Assembly (NCBI GenBank): GCA_003707115.1
Contig: PPNB01000024.1
Location: forward strand, 62,001-126,000
Direction of reading: 5' to 3'
Origin: Tortispora ganteri
Lineage: Eukaryota
DNA length: 64,000 nucleotides
The notes beneath the pieces were generated by a model. It made no database searches and had not been told where the DNA came from. It saw only the letters and a list, made by a program, of their open reading frames with translations. Positions 32,516-43,342 of this stretch are shown piece after piece. Position numbers and translations under genes: made by a program. Within the stretch, counting starts at the first letter, position 1. Each line of letters starts with the position of its first letter.

Positions 32516-32869
32516 GACTTTCACTGATTTTTCGCGAGAGCAAAAGTCAGAAAAACGCTTAAACAGTTAATATTGACAGAGGTAACACAGAAAAGAGTTC
32601 TAGCAAGAAGAGTGCAAGGAACTGGCAGAGCGGAAAGAAAGGAAAGTAGAGGCTAAAAAGACAAATAATTGTGTGATAGCGCGGGTAACAGGAGAGCCTC
32701 GGGGCCCAGAAGAACTACAAGCAAACAATACGATAACAAAAAAATCCAAAGAAGAGAAAAGAGCCAGATGGCTAGCAGATAAGCGAAAAGATTCCGGCAG
32801 AAGCAGTGCCTAATCGAAAGACAGGAAGGGTTGTAAGGCGAAAACACGCAGATTGGGAGATAGGGAAGA

Positions 32870-32950
32870 ACGCGTAGTAGGTGGATCTTAAGGCGGGAAG
32901 ATCGCGTTTATCACGTGACTTTGGAATGGTTAATGGTCCAAAAATAAACA
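32870..32950. promoter_or_regulatory. Cluster of MCB-like, E-box and forkhead-like sites upstream of the HCM1-like gene
   Basis: ACGCGT 32870-32875, TCGCGT 32902-32907, TCACGTGA 32911-32918 and ATAAACA 32944-32950. Confidence 0.45.
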
Positions 32951-33490
32951 TGACTAGTAGCCAGTCTTTGCGATCGCATGACTATACTAAAATATATGTA
33001 TAAATGTATGCAATTACTGCCAAAGTGCTTTAGTTTAAATTTAAGGAGATCTATGATCGAATATGCCAGACCTGCCGATGATTACGTGGTATCGCTGTCT
33101 CGCAGATCATGCGCATTAAGCCTGATGTCGTAATACACTAGTGATTACCATCTGTGTAATGTGATTGGTTGTGGATTCAGGAACAGGTTGACCCGGAAAC
33201 ATGCCGATTGCAAAAGAGTTATAGTATACACTGCAATAGAGTACTCACGGCAAATAGGCAGGTCCGGATTCTTCCGCAACGAGACAAGCGTTCACGATAG
33301 ACCGAACTTCTAAAACCCTTGACCCTTAAAAGTTTTTACCCCACATTGGATCGGTTGGACTTAGGTTCAGGTGCCGATTATCATTTATATAGGGACACAG
33401 ACAGATCTTCTTTGTTTTGTGCTACTATTGTTCTGTAGCTTCTAGCAACAAAGATCGATTAAGTTCCATTTTGATTGAGCCTTAAAAGAT

Positions 33491-34300
33491 ATGTACACCG
33501 AGAGAGATAACGTGAAGTACGAGCGACGCGGCCGGTACGGCATCGTGACCATCACCCGGCCGAAAGTGCTAAATGCACTGGACAAAGTTGGATACTTGGA
33601 CTTGAACGAAGCGGTTATTGAAGCAGCAAACGACCCAAAAACCATTGGGACTATTTTGACCGGACAAGGAAAGTACTTTTCCGCGGGTGCTAACGTAACC
33701 GCTACAGCATCACGAGGCGGCAATGACACCGGTGTCGACCACCGCCAGAACCTAAAGAATTTCGTCTCCAACAATGTTGAGATCGCCCGAACCTTCTACA
33801 CGCATCCGAAGATGTTAGTTGCCGCTCTGAACGGACCAGCTGTCGGTCTTTCTGCGGCGCTTTTAGCGCATTGTGATCTGCTTTATGCGGTTCCTAACAG
33901 TTTTCTGCTGCTACCGTTCGCGAACCTTGGTCTAGTTACAGAAGGCACTTCTAGCCAAGCACTCGCTCGCCGAGTTGGCTACAGTAAGGCATACGAGATG
34001 CTCCTTTTGTCGCGACGCACGCCTGTTAGCGAACTCAAGGGAACGCTCATCAACGACATCTATGACGTTCCTGCTGAACAGCTGCTCGACAAGGTTATTG
34101 ACCATCTGGAGGCGTACCAGGCCAACCTTGAGCCTGCCAGTATCACCGCAATGAAGGAACTGATCAATTCGCAGACTGTGCGCTCGAACGACGAGGCGAC
34201 TTTGGCTGAAGCGCTGGTTGGATTGCGTAGATTCGAATCTGGATTAGCGCAAAAGAGGTTCGCATTGCTGGCTTCTGGTAAGATCAAGCATAAACTGTAG
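33491..34300 (+). CDS. ECI1: Peroxisomal delta3,delta2-enoyl-CoA isomerase
   Basis: Crotonase motifs YFSAGAN, AALNGPAVGLSAA and PFANLGLVTEG. Ends in the PTS1 variant HKL*. Confidence 0.9.
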   Translation: MYTERDNVKYERRGRYGIVTITRPKVLNALDKVGYLDLNEAVIEAANDPKTIGTILTGQGKYFSAGANVTATASRGGNDTGVDHRQNLKNFVSNNVEIARTFYTHPKMLVAALNGPAVGLSAALLAHCDLLYAVPNSFLLLPFANLGLVTEGTSSQALARRVGYSKAYEMLLLSRRTPVSELKGTLINDIYDVPAEQLLDKVIDHLEAYQANLEPASITAMKELINSQTVRSNDEATLAEALVGLRRFESGLAQKRFALLASGKIKHKL

Positions 34301-34351
34301 TATGTTACAATGCATTGCGATTCGTTAACATTCATGAACTTGTAGATGATA

Positions 34352-35536
34352 CTAAACAGTTTTGTCTGAGGGAGAATCCGTCCTCACGTTCCGACTACCA
34401 AGATAGTCGAAAGCCGGGGTTCTTGCCGGTACGGCCTCATCTGAGTAAATCATATCGATCTCAGAGGGAATATGCGTAGGTCGAGCACCGGTTTTACCAG
34501 CGAGTGCCTTAAAGTCAAAGGAGTCTGGAACGTTCAACATTGGAGGCTGTACCGCATTAGCACCAATGTTGTCAACATTGGATTGAGCATCGTCGTCCTG
34601 TTTCTTCTTCTTGTCGTTATCGCGTCTAGTGACAAGCGATAACATAAGAAACGCCATAAATACGGCCCCGCCAATAGCGAAAAGTCCGCGACGCGTACTT
34701 TGCCATTTTAGAGCTTCTATCTCTGAGCGCAACTCAGATGTGATATGTGTCGTAATCCGATTGTTGACCTCCTGTATTTTCATTTCTATGACTCGGGCAT
34801 CTGCACGGTTAGCATTTTTCTGGTCTTCCGTATCCATTCTCACCGTGCTCTTCATCAGTTGCAAGCTTTCATGTATATCCAATGCTAAATTTTCGACTTG
34901 GCGGCGCAGTCGTGCTAGCTGCGACCGATATTCGTTGAACTGAGTGGTTCGCAAAGATGAAATTTCGAGGTACAGTTCTGATCGGGCCGCATCGAACAGG
35001 TACGCTTCGTTTTCAAGTTCCTGTTTACTCAACATTTCATCAAAAGTCTGTCGCAGTCGCGCGTTTAAATTACTTTCCATCACTTGAACTATGAGCTCGG
35101 CCTGTTCTGGTGTAAATCCTGAATGTCGGATCTTCTCGCCGAGTTGGAACGAGTCTAGCATTAGCGGAGGAACATATGTCTCTAAATCGGTCATTTCCTT
35201 TGGAACAGAAGAGCTTGTGGTGCTAGTACTAGTTTCGGTAGTGTTGGTGTTAGGTATAGTATTGTCTTGTGCTGTCTCAGATTGCTGGGCAGTAACTTCA
35301 GCCAAAGTATTGTCTTGTTTTGATGTTTCTGATGACGCGCTATTAGCGCCTTTCAAGTCAGCTAAACTGTAAATTTCGTGTAATCGCGTTCCCGGTTTTG
35401 TCTTTGGTGTGTCGGTGGCGCGATCTGAGCTTTTATTTCTGACTAGCGACCATTTACGTGGCAGCAGCGGTCTAGTGGTGAGAAGACGCAACCGGATTGA
35501 GACATGTCCAAATCGGGAAATTCTTGTAAGTACCAT
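34352..35536 (-). CDS. Mitochondrial CCDC90/DUF1640 coiled-coil membrane protein (Put7/Fmp32-like)
   Basis: GFTPEQAELI, ELENEAYLFDAARSEL and ELRSEIEALKWQSTRR plus a TM helix; N-terminal presequence. Confidence 0.8.
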   Translation of the reverse strand: MVLTRISRFGHVSIRLRLLTTRPLLPRKWSLVRNKSSDRATDTPKTKPGTRLHEIYSLADLKGANSASSETSKQDNTLAEVTAQQSETAQDNTIPNTNTTETSTSTTSSSVPKEMTDLETYVPPLMLDSFQLGEKIRHSGFTPEQAELIVQVMESNLNARLRQTFDEMLSKQELENEAYLFDAARSELYLEISSLRTTQFNEYRSQLARLRRQVENLALDIHESLQLMKSTVRMDTEDQKNANRADARVIEMKIQEVNNRITTHITSELRSEIEALKWQSTRRGLFAIGGAVFMAFLMLSLVTRRDNDKKKKQDDDAQSNVDNIGANAVQPPMLNVPDSFDFKALAGKTGARPTHIPSEIDMIYSDEAVPARTPAFDYLGSRNVRTDSPSDKTV

Positions 35537-35772
35537 CAATATAAAATGAGCACTAGATGTTGTTTAAATTACTACGTAAGTTTTGGCTGTTTTAGGGTCG
35601 ATTGCAGGTAGAATATGGTGCTAATAGTCAGGGTGCGGCTGCGGTTTGGTGCAGGGCTGTGAGAGTTTCTTGGGGTGGTGCGGCTTGGCTGGTAGCCGGA
35701 GTATATAGCTTCACTCAATTTTCTCAATCTTTCGTAATAAATTATTTTATCATTATTCAATATTTTCATTAT

Positions 35773-37914
35773 TCAATTCAGTAGCAATCTTAGACTGTTA
35801 ACAGAATTTGGAGCGGTATCTGCAGTTTCTGGGTCAAGGATCAAGCCAGCTAAACGAACATCGATTTGTGTTTGTAAGCCAGCCAGTTTACTGCTTTCCT
35901 GTATCAGAGCGTACAGTTTGCGGTTCAATATCTGTTGCAAATCTTCAAAAAATGGCATCCTGCACAGGCTAGCTCGTTCGTCGCAGAACCTCACAAGCGC
36001 TTGTAAAATTTCAGGGGACATATCCTCTGCATACTCGTCATATAACAATTCTTCCTCTTGTTGCTGAGCAAAAATATGCTTTATCTGTTTAAATGATTCA
36101 GAAGTAGCCTCAAAACTTGTGCAAATAACCTGTTCAAGCTGTTTTTTAACTTCACTAATATCCAAATTCAGGCGAGCATCATACACAAGTTGAAGTTGCC
36201 AACCTATCAGAACAGCTTGACTGAGTTTGATCTCATCAGTTACATCTTTCGAGGTAAGTGTATCGACGCTTTGTTGGAATTGAGATTTAATCTGCAAAAG
36301 TCCCTTTTGTTTTTGATCATTATAAAGTTTCTCCAACTTGTCTTTATCTTCATTGATTTTCTGTGCTTGCTTTTCGATCCAGTTAACCATGTTGGGGTCT
36401 TCATCGCCAAAAGTATGATTCACAATATCGTTCGCAATGTCTGATAGTTTGCTAGCGCTTTTAAAATCTGATTCAATAGAATCATACCACATTTTCAAAT
36501 CTTTAACAAAAGCACGTGTTATTTCATGATTCAAGCCCTGCGTATATTCTTGACACTTTTCGAGCAGGTCCAAAGCGTCTGATGGCTGTCTGATAACGCT
36601 CATGCTCACTTGGTCAAGTATTGACTCAGTTTGTTGGTATTCATTTTCGAGATTATCAGTAGATTCAGAAATTGTTTTACAGAGCAGTGCCAGTGCATCA
36701 CTTCGTTGCGATAACAGTGAGGTGATTGAGGCCCACCATTTATCTGACAGCATGTCTGTGAAATTCTCGCGTATATTCTGGCTTTTAGACATTGCTTTCA
36801 ACATTGATTTCCTGAATTCTATAAGATCTTCTAGATTTGAGGCATTATCTAGCTGTTTCGCTGCTGATTGTTTAAGAACGTCGGCGAGACCATCAATGAA
36901 CTGGACTTTGAGTTCTTGTATGTGATTTAGATCTGCATTTGAGAAAACAATACCATTAAACAAACCATTCAGATTTTTTGACAATACATTTCCCCACGAA
37001 GCCACAATTTCGCCTTCATTAACAAGATTATCAATAAAGTTAAGAGTAGTGCAACCTGAGTCTAAGTAATGGCTGACGCAAACAGATTCGACGGCTATTT
37101 CGAACATAGATATTGACCAGTCTATAAATTCAACTAATTCCTCAAATGCATCAAAACGGTTAGATAAGTTAGCAGTGAGTTGGTTCACAGATTGCATGCG
37201 TTCCTTCACGACACTTTGGAAAGCAGATACTTTGTCAGGGCCTGATATTAAGATAAGTGCTGCTATGATCTGAATATGGTTTTCTTGGCTGAGTCTGAGT
37301 GTCTTATCGCACTCGCGTCTAATCAGATTACCCAGGAGGTTTTGGAAGTAAGTTATAACGAGTTTGCACCGTTTCTTGGCTAGTGATGGTACGGGAAGGC
37401 TTTTTTGCTTCAAGCAAGTTTCGATTATCTGCGATAGTTTGAGCATCTGACCGATTCCAAGTATTTCTGACAATTGCGATTCATCTACAAGCATGCATTT
37501 TTTTAAAGCCGAAGCTATAGCTATCAGCAATGTGCGTCTAAGAATACGAGGTGCTTTCTCTTCGGCATTTTTAGCGTTGAATTTCGCATATAATGAGATA
37601 TACGCCTGCAGGCGATCTTCCAGCAACTGAGAGTCGGTATACTTTACACAGGCACCCGAAGCAGCGCGTGCTGCTGTTATTTGACTGTCTGTTTGTGCTA
37701 TTTCATCAGAAATCGCAAGAAGATCGGAATACTTACCGCCCGTAGTGTACTTTAAGGATGTCTTCTTCCTTTCGAGTTCTGAAGTCACTGCGACATCTAA
37801 ACTACGCAGTTCACTGATAGAAAATTTTTCGAATAGCTTCTCCCATGGCTCGTTTTTTGCCACTTCGACCCAATTAGTGATTTTTGTGCTTGTCATAGTG
37901 TGTGAAATGTACAT
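35773..37914 (-). CDS. COG1: COG complex subunit 1 (Vps51/Cog1-type N-terminal domain)
   Basis: N-terminal WEKLFEKFSISELR...ELERKKTSLKYTTGGKYSDLLAISDEI, followed by a helical remainder. Confidence 0.65.
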   Translation of the reverse strand: MYISHTMTSTKITNWVEVAKNEPWEKLFEKFSISELRSLDVAVTSELERKKTSLKYTTGGKYSDLLAISDEIAQTDSQITAARAASGACVKYTDSQLLEDRLQAYISLYAKFNAKNAEEKAPRILRRTLLIAIASALKKCMLVDESQLSEILGIGQMLKLSQIIETCLKQKSLPVPSLAKKRCKLVITYFQNLLGNLIRRECDKTLRLSQENHIQIIAALILISGPDKVSAFQSVVKERMQSVNQLTANLSNRFDAFEELVEFIDWSISMFEIAVESVCVSHYLDSGCTTLNFIDNLVNEGEIVASWGNVLSKNLNGLFNGIVFSNADLNHIQELKVQFIDGLADVLKQSAAKQLDNASNLEDLIEFRKSMLKAMSKSQNIRENFTDMLSDKWWASITSLLSQRSDALALLCKTISESTDNLENEYQQTESILDQVSMSVIRQPSDALDLLEKCQEYTQGLNHEITRAFVKDLKMWYDSIESDFKSASKLSDIANDIVNHTFGDEDPNMVNWIEKQAQKINEDKDKLEKLYNDQKQKGLLQIKSQFQQSVDTLTSKDVTDEIKLSQAVLIGWQLQLVYDARLNLDISEVKKQLEQVICTSFEATSESFKQIKHIFAQQQEEELLYDEYAEDMSPEILQALVRFCDERASLCRMPFFEDLQQILNRKLYALIQESSKLAGLQTQIDVRLAGLILDPETADTAPNSVNSLRLLLN

Positions 37915-38053
37915 TCGCGTTCATACTTGGTGTATTTATATGTTACCCGGCTAAATATATTATATATATAAAATGTATGATATTATCATGTTATTTATTC
38001 TTTTTATATTGTGTATCATATAATATACTATATACTATGACTTAATATATTAT

Positions 38054-39463
38054 CTATAGTTCTGCCTTTATAGCTTCTATCGCATCTAGAATGACGTCGC
38101 TAGCGAACTCGAAGTCCTTCTCGGTGAGAAATATCTGCGCCGAGAACCGAACCCACCAGGCGTCGTTGTGACAGAACGTCATAATATAGGTGTTGTGTTC
38201 GATACACACGTGTTCGAATATCTGCCGTATTCTAATGGTGTTAGTGGGATTGGTTAGGTCAATACCAGTGTCTTTGGCGAGCTGATCCATTGGCAGTCGC
38301 ACGTTCACCATGCTTGCGATGAGATCATCTTCTGAACGTTCCCAGGTCCAACGGCCAGAAACGGCGTCTTCGTAGGTAATATCTGCAGCAATTGAAATGC
38401 CTGAGTTCTGCATGACTTCAGTACCAAGCTTATTGGCGACGATCTGGCCACCGCGTTCTGCGAGTAGCCGGTTGTACGAGATGATACGGCTCTCCCCGCC
38501 GCAAACGGTCCTGCGAAACTCGATTGCATCGTACCCCGCGCAACGACTGGAGTAGTCAATAGTGCCTGTGAAATCGAACTCTGTCACGAACGGCGTCATG
38601 ATGTTTTCTGGTTTGATGGAGTTAGTTCCATTGGTGTGATTGAGCAGCACCGGCGCTCGTTTTGGCAGTTTCGGCGAATCATTGCCGGAACCCGGATACA
38701 CATTAATATTGTATTCACCTGTATACCCATGCGAAATAAGTGCCGCATGAATATCGGATTGCAGTTCTTTGCGCACGTAGAGGAACGCCGCGGACCTTGG
38801 ACAGTAAAGCCATTTATGGAGATTAGAGCACATAAAATCGGGCTGGGCAGATCGAATAGATATTGGTATCTGACCAATTGCATGTGCACCATCTACTAGG
38901 CTGAGTATGCCATACTTACGGCACAATGCGACTATCCTTTCCCATGGAAATACAACGCCAGGTGCCGATGAGATGGTGTCAAATAGCGCTAGCTTGACTG
39001 GTCCGACAGCCTCGCATGCATCACTGAATTTAGCACAGATCTCATCATCTGTCATTGGATAATTGAGTGTAATTGCTACTGGATTGATCTTGAACTGATT
39101 GGCCAGAAAGATCAAGGATTTTTCGCAGGCGCCGTATACGGTGTTGAAAAAGAGGACGGTGTCGCCTTCTGACCACTTAAGCGACCGCAGAACGGCGTTG
39201 GTGGAGTCTGTAGAATTCGAAGTAAGTACTAAATCCTCAACGTCGCAGTCAACTAGTTTACTGACAGCCAATCGTGTGCGGTTCACGTATGATCTATAAG
39301 TAACTCTTAGGAACAAATCAGGATTAGCCTCGCTCTCAGCTACATATTTCGATTTCGCAATAAAAGCAGGTTTGCACGCAGATCCAAAGGACCCAAAATT
39401 TAAATTGGTGTACAATTCATCTAAATCAAAATATTTCCGGCTCTGATACGCTTCCGTGTCCAT
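38054..39463 (-). CDS. PLP-dependent class V lyase; hercynylcysteine sulfoxide lyase (Egt2)/LolT-like
   Basis: LNFGSFG, EANPDLF, LVDGAHAIGQI, SNLHKWLYCPR (PLP lysine), GTIDY and VRFSAQIF. First ATG at 39463. Confidence 0.8.
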   Translation of the reverse strand: MDTEAYQSRKYFDLDELYTNLNFGSFGSACKPAFIAKSKYVAESEANPDLFLRVTYRSYVNRTRLAVSKLVDCDVEDLVLTSNSTDSTNAVLRSLKWSEGDTVLFFNTVYGACEKSLIFLANQFKINPVAITLNYPMTDDEICAKFSDACEAVGPVKLALFDTISSAPGVVFPWERIVALCRKYGILSLVDGAHAIGQIPISIRSAQPDFMCSNLHKWLYCPRSAAFLYVRKELQSDIHAALISHGYTGEYNINVYPGSGNDSPKLPKRAPVLLNHTNGTNSIKPENIMTPFVTEFDFTGTIDYSSRCAGYDAIEFRRTVCGGESRIISYNRLLAERGGQIVANKLGTEVMQNSGISIAADITYEDAVSGRWTWERSEDDLIASMVNVRLPMDQLAKDTGIDLTNPTNTIRIRQIFEHVCIEHNTYIMTFCHNDAWWVRFSAQIFLTEKDFEFASDVILDAIEAIKAEL

Positions 39464-39510
39464 AATCTGTATACTATACAAGGGTAAATGAGGGGGTTGG
39501 AGCCGCACTC

Positions 39511-39536
39511 TTTATATAGATGTTTCTATGAGTCAT
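39511..39536 (-). promoter_or_regulatory. TATA box plus palindromic Gcn4/AP-1 site upstream of the Egt2-like gene
   Basis: TATATAAA on the minus strand at 39511-39518 and ATGAGTCAT at 39528-39536. Confidence 0.55.
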
Positions 39537-39983
39537 GGCAACTTAGATAACGCAGATCGTGAATCATTTTTTATCAAAAAAATAAAAACGGCACTGCTTG
39601 AGTTCGGTTACTGACTTTAAACAAATTAACAAACTACATGCCTTTCTACGATTATTTACGGCTCCAATATCACGTACTATGTACCATGAGCCCGTTCGTA
39701 AGTGGCCAGCAGATGTACCCCGCCCGTCTTAAGACAACAAAAACAATAGTATTATTCTGAAACAATTTCAAACTACCTGATCTGACAAATATATCTCAAA
39801 TCAAAACAGAAAAGAAAAACCAGTAGCAACAGCTATTGATATATCGCAAAAGTATGCCGATGCATACACACAAACCAGGGGAATCCTAGTTTATATAGCA
39901 ATCGCAGGTATGTCGTTTCAGTAAAATCACCCAAAATTAGTTCACATTATAGTCAAAACTATTACAACTCATCCGTTTCAAAT

Positions 39984-41255
39984 CTAAAAGACAGTAGTTG
40001 ACGCAGTGGAAAGTGTCTTCCATTGGGATACAAGGCTGTCAGGGAGAGAAGCAGAAAAATCGGAAATCGATCCAGTAACGTCGGCAAGTATCGTCTTTCC
40101 ATTGGTAGCGTCAAAGAACACTAAGTACGTACCAGGCGAACTAGTAGGTCTCTCAATCCATCGAGAGTTACCGATATCGGCGTTTCCACCACGGAAATGT
40201 GAGATCATTCTAGTGTCACCATTTTCCACGCACTCAAAAACGTCAAACTCACCGCAGTTCGGCCAGCAAGAACAGGTTCCATATTGTTGCGTTCTCGGAA
40301 TTTTAGCATTCAAAAACCATACCGCTGGCATATTGTTGCCGTCACTCAGATTGGGCATCTCAAACTGCATAAGGAATATTTTGTTGTAACCGGTGAATCC
40401 ATGATACGCAACAGTTCCGGGTCTGTAGTAACCGCAGTCGGTTCCACTAGCACCGCATTTCTGATCTGTAAATATACTGAATTCCTTAGAAGATCCAATA
40501 ACAGTGTCAGAAAGAACTTGCGAACTGCTAGCCGCAGTAATACCATCAGAAGCAGCATACGACAATGATGAGCCCCAGCAAGTATCAAAAGTTCCAGATA
40601 CAAAATCTGAACCAGCGTTATTCAAAAAAGTTAGACCTTGAAGAGTTCCGCTAGAAGCGTCATAGTAGCCACTTCGGCTCCATGCACCTCCGTTGCCAGT
40701 TGAAGGAGCAGCAGAAGAAGCCTCAGGGGCAGGAGGGTTATACGGAACCTCGGGTGCTACACCAGCAGGAGTGTTATAAGGATCCTCAGGTACTACACCA
40801 GCAGGAGTGTTATAAGGGTCCTCAGGTACTACTTCAGCAGTAACAGTCTTGATAACATAGACAGTTTCTATAGCTGGGTCGCGTTTGTGTGCGTGGTGAA
40901 GGTGTCTTCGAGCCAAGGCGGTTTCACTGTCGCAGTCAGCATCAGCCTCAGCCTCGGCCTCAGCGTCTCTCTTGCTTGGCGAAGAGTTCAAATCATAAAC
41001 CGCCAGTTTCTTCAAGTTGATAGGTCCTCTGAAATGCAGCGAGAGTTCTTCGGCGAGAACTCCCATTGGACCTGAGAAGGACGATGAGCCACCCTTATTG
41101 CAAGCGCACGAGTTTGGGTCCATATAAGAGACCTCAGAATAAGAACCAGAACCGGCTAGACCTTGATACAATATCGAGTCGGTCTCGGAAGAAAATGGGA
41201 ATGCAGCCAAAGCTGAATTCGCAAAAGCTGCAAGTAAACACGCGTAAGAAAACAT
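39984..41255 (-). CDS. TOS1: Tos1/Pga52-family secreted cell-wall protein (glycosidase-like)
   Basis: Signal peptide from ATG 41255. Motifs EELSLHFRGPINLK, CGYYRPG, NMPAVWFLNAKIPRTQQYGTCSCW and CGEFDVFE. Confidence 0.88.
   Translation of the reverse strand: MFSYACLLAAFANSALAAFPFSSETDSILYQGLAGSGSYSEVSYMDPNSCACNKGGSSSFSGPMGVLAEELSLHFRGPINLKKLAVYDLNSSPSKRDAEAEAEADADCDSETALARRHLHHAHKRDPAIETVYVIKTVTAEVVPEDPYNTPAGVVPEDPYNTPAGVAPEVPYNPPAPEASSAAPSTGNGGAWSRSGYYDASSGTLQGLTFLNNAGSDFVSGTFDTCWGSSLSYAASDGITAASSSQVLSDTVIGSSKEFSIFTDQKCGASGTDCGYYRPGTVAYHGFTGYNKIFLMQFEMPNLSDGNNMPAVWFLNAKIPRTQQYGTCSCWPNCGEFDVFECVENGDTRMISHFRGGNADIGNSRWIERPTSSPGTYLVFFDATNGKTILADVTGSISDFSASLPDSLVSQWKTLSTASTTVF
40721..40832 (-). 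repeat. Coding 36-bp tandem repeat (VVPEDPYNTPAG x2 plus one degenerate copy) in TOS1
   Basis: 40757-40792 and 40793-40828 differ at one base. 40721-40756 is a degenerate third unit. Confidence 0.9.
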
Positions 41256-41290
41256 TTGTTTATGTGACACGGTGAGCTAAAAAGAGAAAC

Positions 41291-41330
41291 AAAGCGTGTG
41301 AAAGCGTGTGAAAGCGTGTGAAAGCGTGTT
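41291..41330. repeat. 10-bp tandem repeat (AAAGCGTGTG)x4 just upstream of TOS1
   Basis: Three perfect copies plus one ending in T, read directly. Confidence 0.95.
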
Positions 41331-43342
41331 TATGTGGATTAATCTAGTCTATTTTTCAATAATAGCCAGAAAAATGATAACAAGGCCGGTACAAAGTATA
41401 TGACAGGCGAGCAAACAATAAAAGAGCGGCAGCGAGTGTACACGGGCGCGAAAGAGAGTCAGTCAGTGCCTGCGAAAGAGCGTTTTCGTCAATAGATGAA
41501 AAATAGCGAAACCAAAATTAAGGAGACTTTTGTTGTTTTTTAGTTGAGCTGGTTTGATGTTCAACAAAAGCGATCAGTGTGTAAAGGAGCGGAAGTGCGA
41601 GCGGTTCTAAGTGAAATAAATAGAAAAGCTCGGTTGGTGCTGATACGGATTTTGTTAAATCGATAAAGGAGTGACTAAAAAGCTCGAATTAAAAAAGCAA
41701 GAAGAGCGATATTGACGTTTCAGGAATGAATGAGGTAAAAGAAAGAAGCAAAAGGATGTATGAGAGTATATGAGAGAAATAAGAAGACAAGGTTGTATGG
41801 TTAAAACCGGGTCTACATACCAGTGATAGCATAACTAGCCAACCGCAGGGGATGAAAGCAGGGGTGAGGAATTCCAAGTGGGTGGGCGGGAAATACAATG
41901 AATAAGGTTAATAAATCTCTTTTTGCTTCCATAAAGGGCTATATAAACCTTAATCAATGACGCTATCTCAGTTTTTATTGGCTAAATTACACAATAAAGT
42001 TAACCGTCTGAAATAAAGTTAGCAGTTTTTCTCTTTCAATAGTCGTATATCGTGTCAAAATAGCGCGAAGACCCAGCCCATTTTAAGCGTGTTTCAAAAC
42101 TTTATTGTTTTCCAGATTCTGTTTTATTCGTCAAGTATGTGTGATCAGCCACGCCGGGATGATTAACATTCATTAGTTTGCGTGCATTTTCTTGAAACTC
42201 AGTCAGCCATGTAATAGAACAAACGTCCAGCCCACTGATAATTTAGCCAGCCCTGCATTGAGCGATAGATCGATAGATCGACAGACACACGAGATGATCA
42301 CAATAGCGTATATCACCGGTATGGTAAAAGTGTCTACTTTCGATTGGAGGCGGGAATATGAGCTATTTGACAAATTGGAGGCGCAAAACGGGTATCACTT
42401 TGAAGTTTGAAACGTTAGCCCAATGAACTAAAAAGGGCTATTTAGCGTGAATTAATGTGCATGATCAATTCCCAATTAAGAAGAAAGGGGTTGCAATAGT
42501 AACATGAAAACGTCAATATCGAATTGCTGTATGTTTGACATAGAATATTGGTTAAGAGATGACTCCTTTTGCTGTTAAATGATAGTAATGTATTTATATA
42601 TACATATACTATATGTATATCAGTAACGTTACCTGCATAGTTGACTACACAAATAGGCTTGTGATTCAGGGGAAACTGTCAATGAGTTAATAAGATAACT
42701 TAGCATTCCAACCTTAATTCTTTAGTTTAAGTAACTTTGAAACAGTGCTATATAACTGAAGGTTTTGTGTGTATATTTAGATGTTTTTGCAGAAATGTAT
42801 AGATTGTGCGGCTACTTCGCCATTGTGCATGTCCTTTGTGGTTTACACTCAACTAAAATATAATAGGGTTGACTGTGATTGAACCGCATAGTAAAAGTCA
42901 CCGCATATAACACGCGATCTGTAGACAATTTCTACAAACAAATTATTTGCAGATAGAATAGAATACAATCGAAATTACTTTGCTGCTCTATTGATTATGC
43001 CATTATGGTAAAGATAATCGCTAGGGTTTGATCGGTTAACTGCTGTGTACCAAATTGCACAAACCCTCATACCCTGAACTGCTCGCTATCCCAATTCAGA
43101 TTAAAATTCCATACTCTTCGATTCTACACGACCGATTGAATAGATTTTGTTGTTTCTCAGTAAACTAATTTACCTGTGGTTTACTGTGTGTGTGTTTTGT
43201 GTATATTTTATTTAACATTATATTGTTGAAACCGAATAAAAAGATACCGTTGTTACACAAACTTACGCAACTTGTGGTTTCTCTTTTAGCTGCATAAGTT
43301 TGTCCTCGTAAGATCAATTGATCTTTTGCCTACATTTCCTCG

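Noticed and set aside
4849..39463. Possible sulfur gene cluster (metR, URM1, MES1, LTO1, Egt2-like)
   Set aside because: The genes are spread over 35 kb among unrelated housekeeping genes, with no shared motif seen. Probably chance.
42590..42622. AT-rich palindromic stretch
   Set aside because: Low-complexity (TA)n-like sequence in which self-complementarity is trivial.
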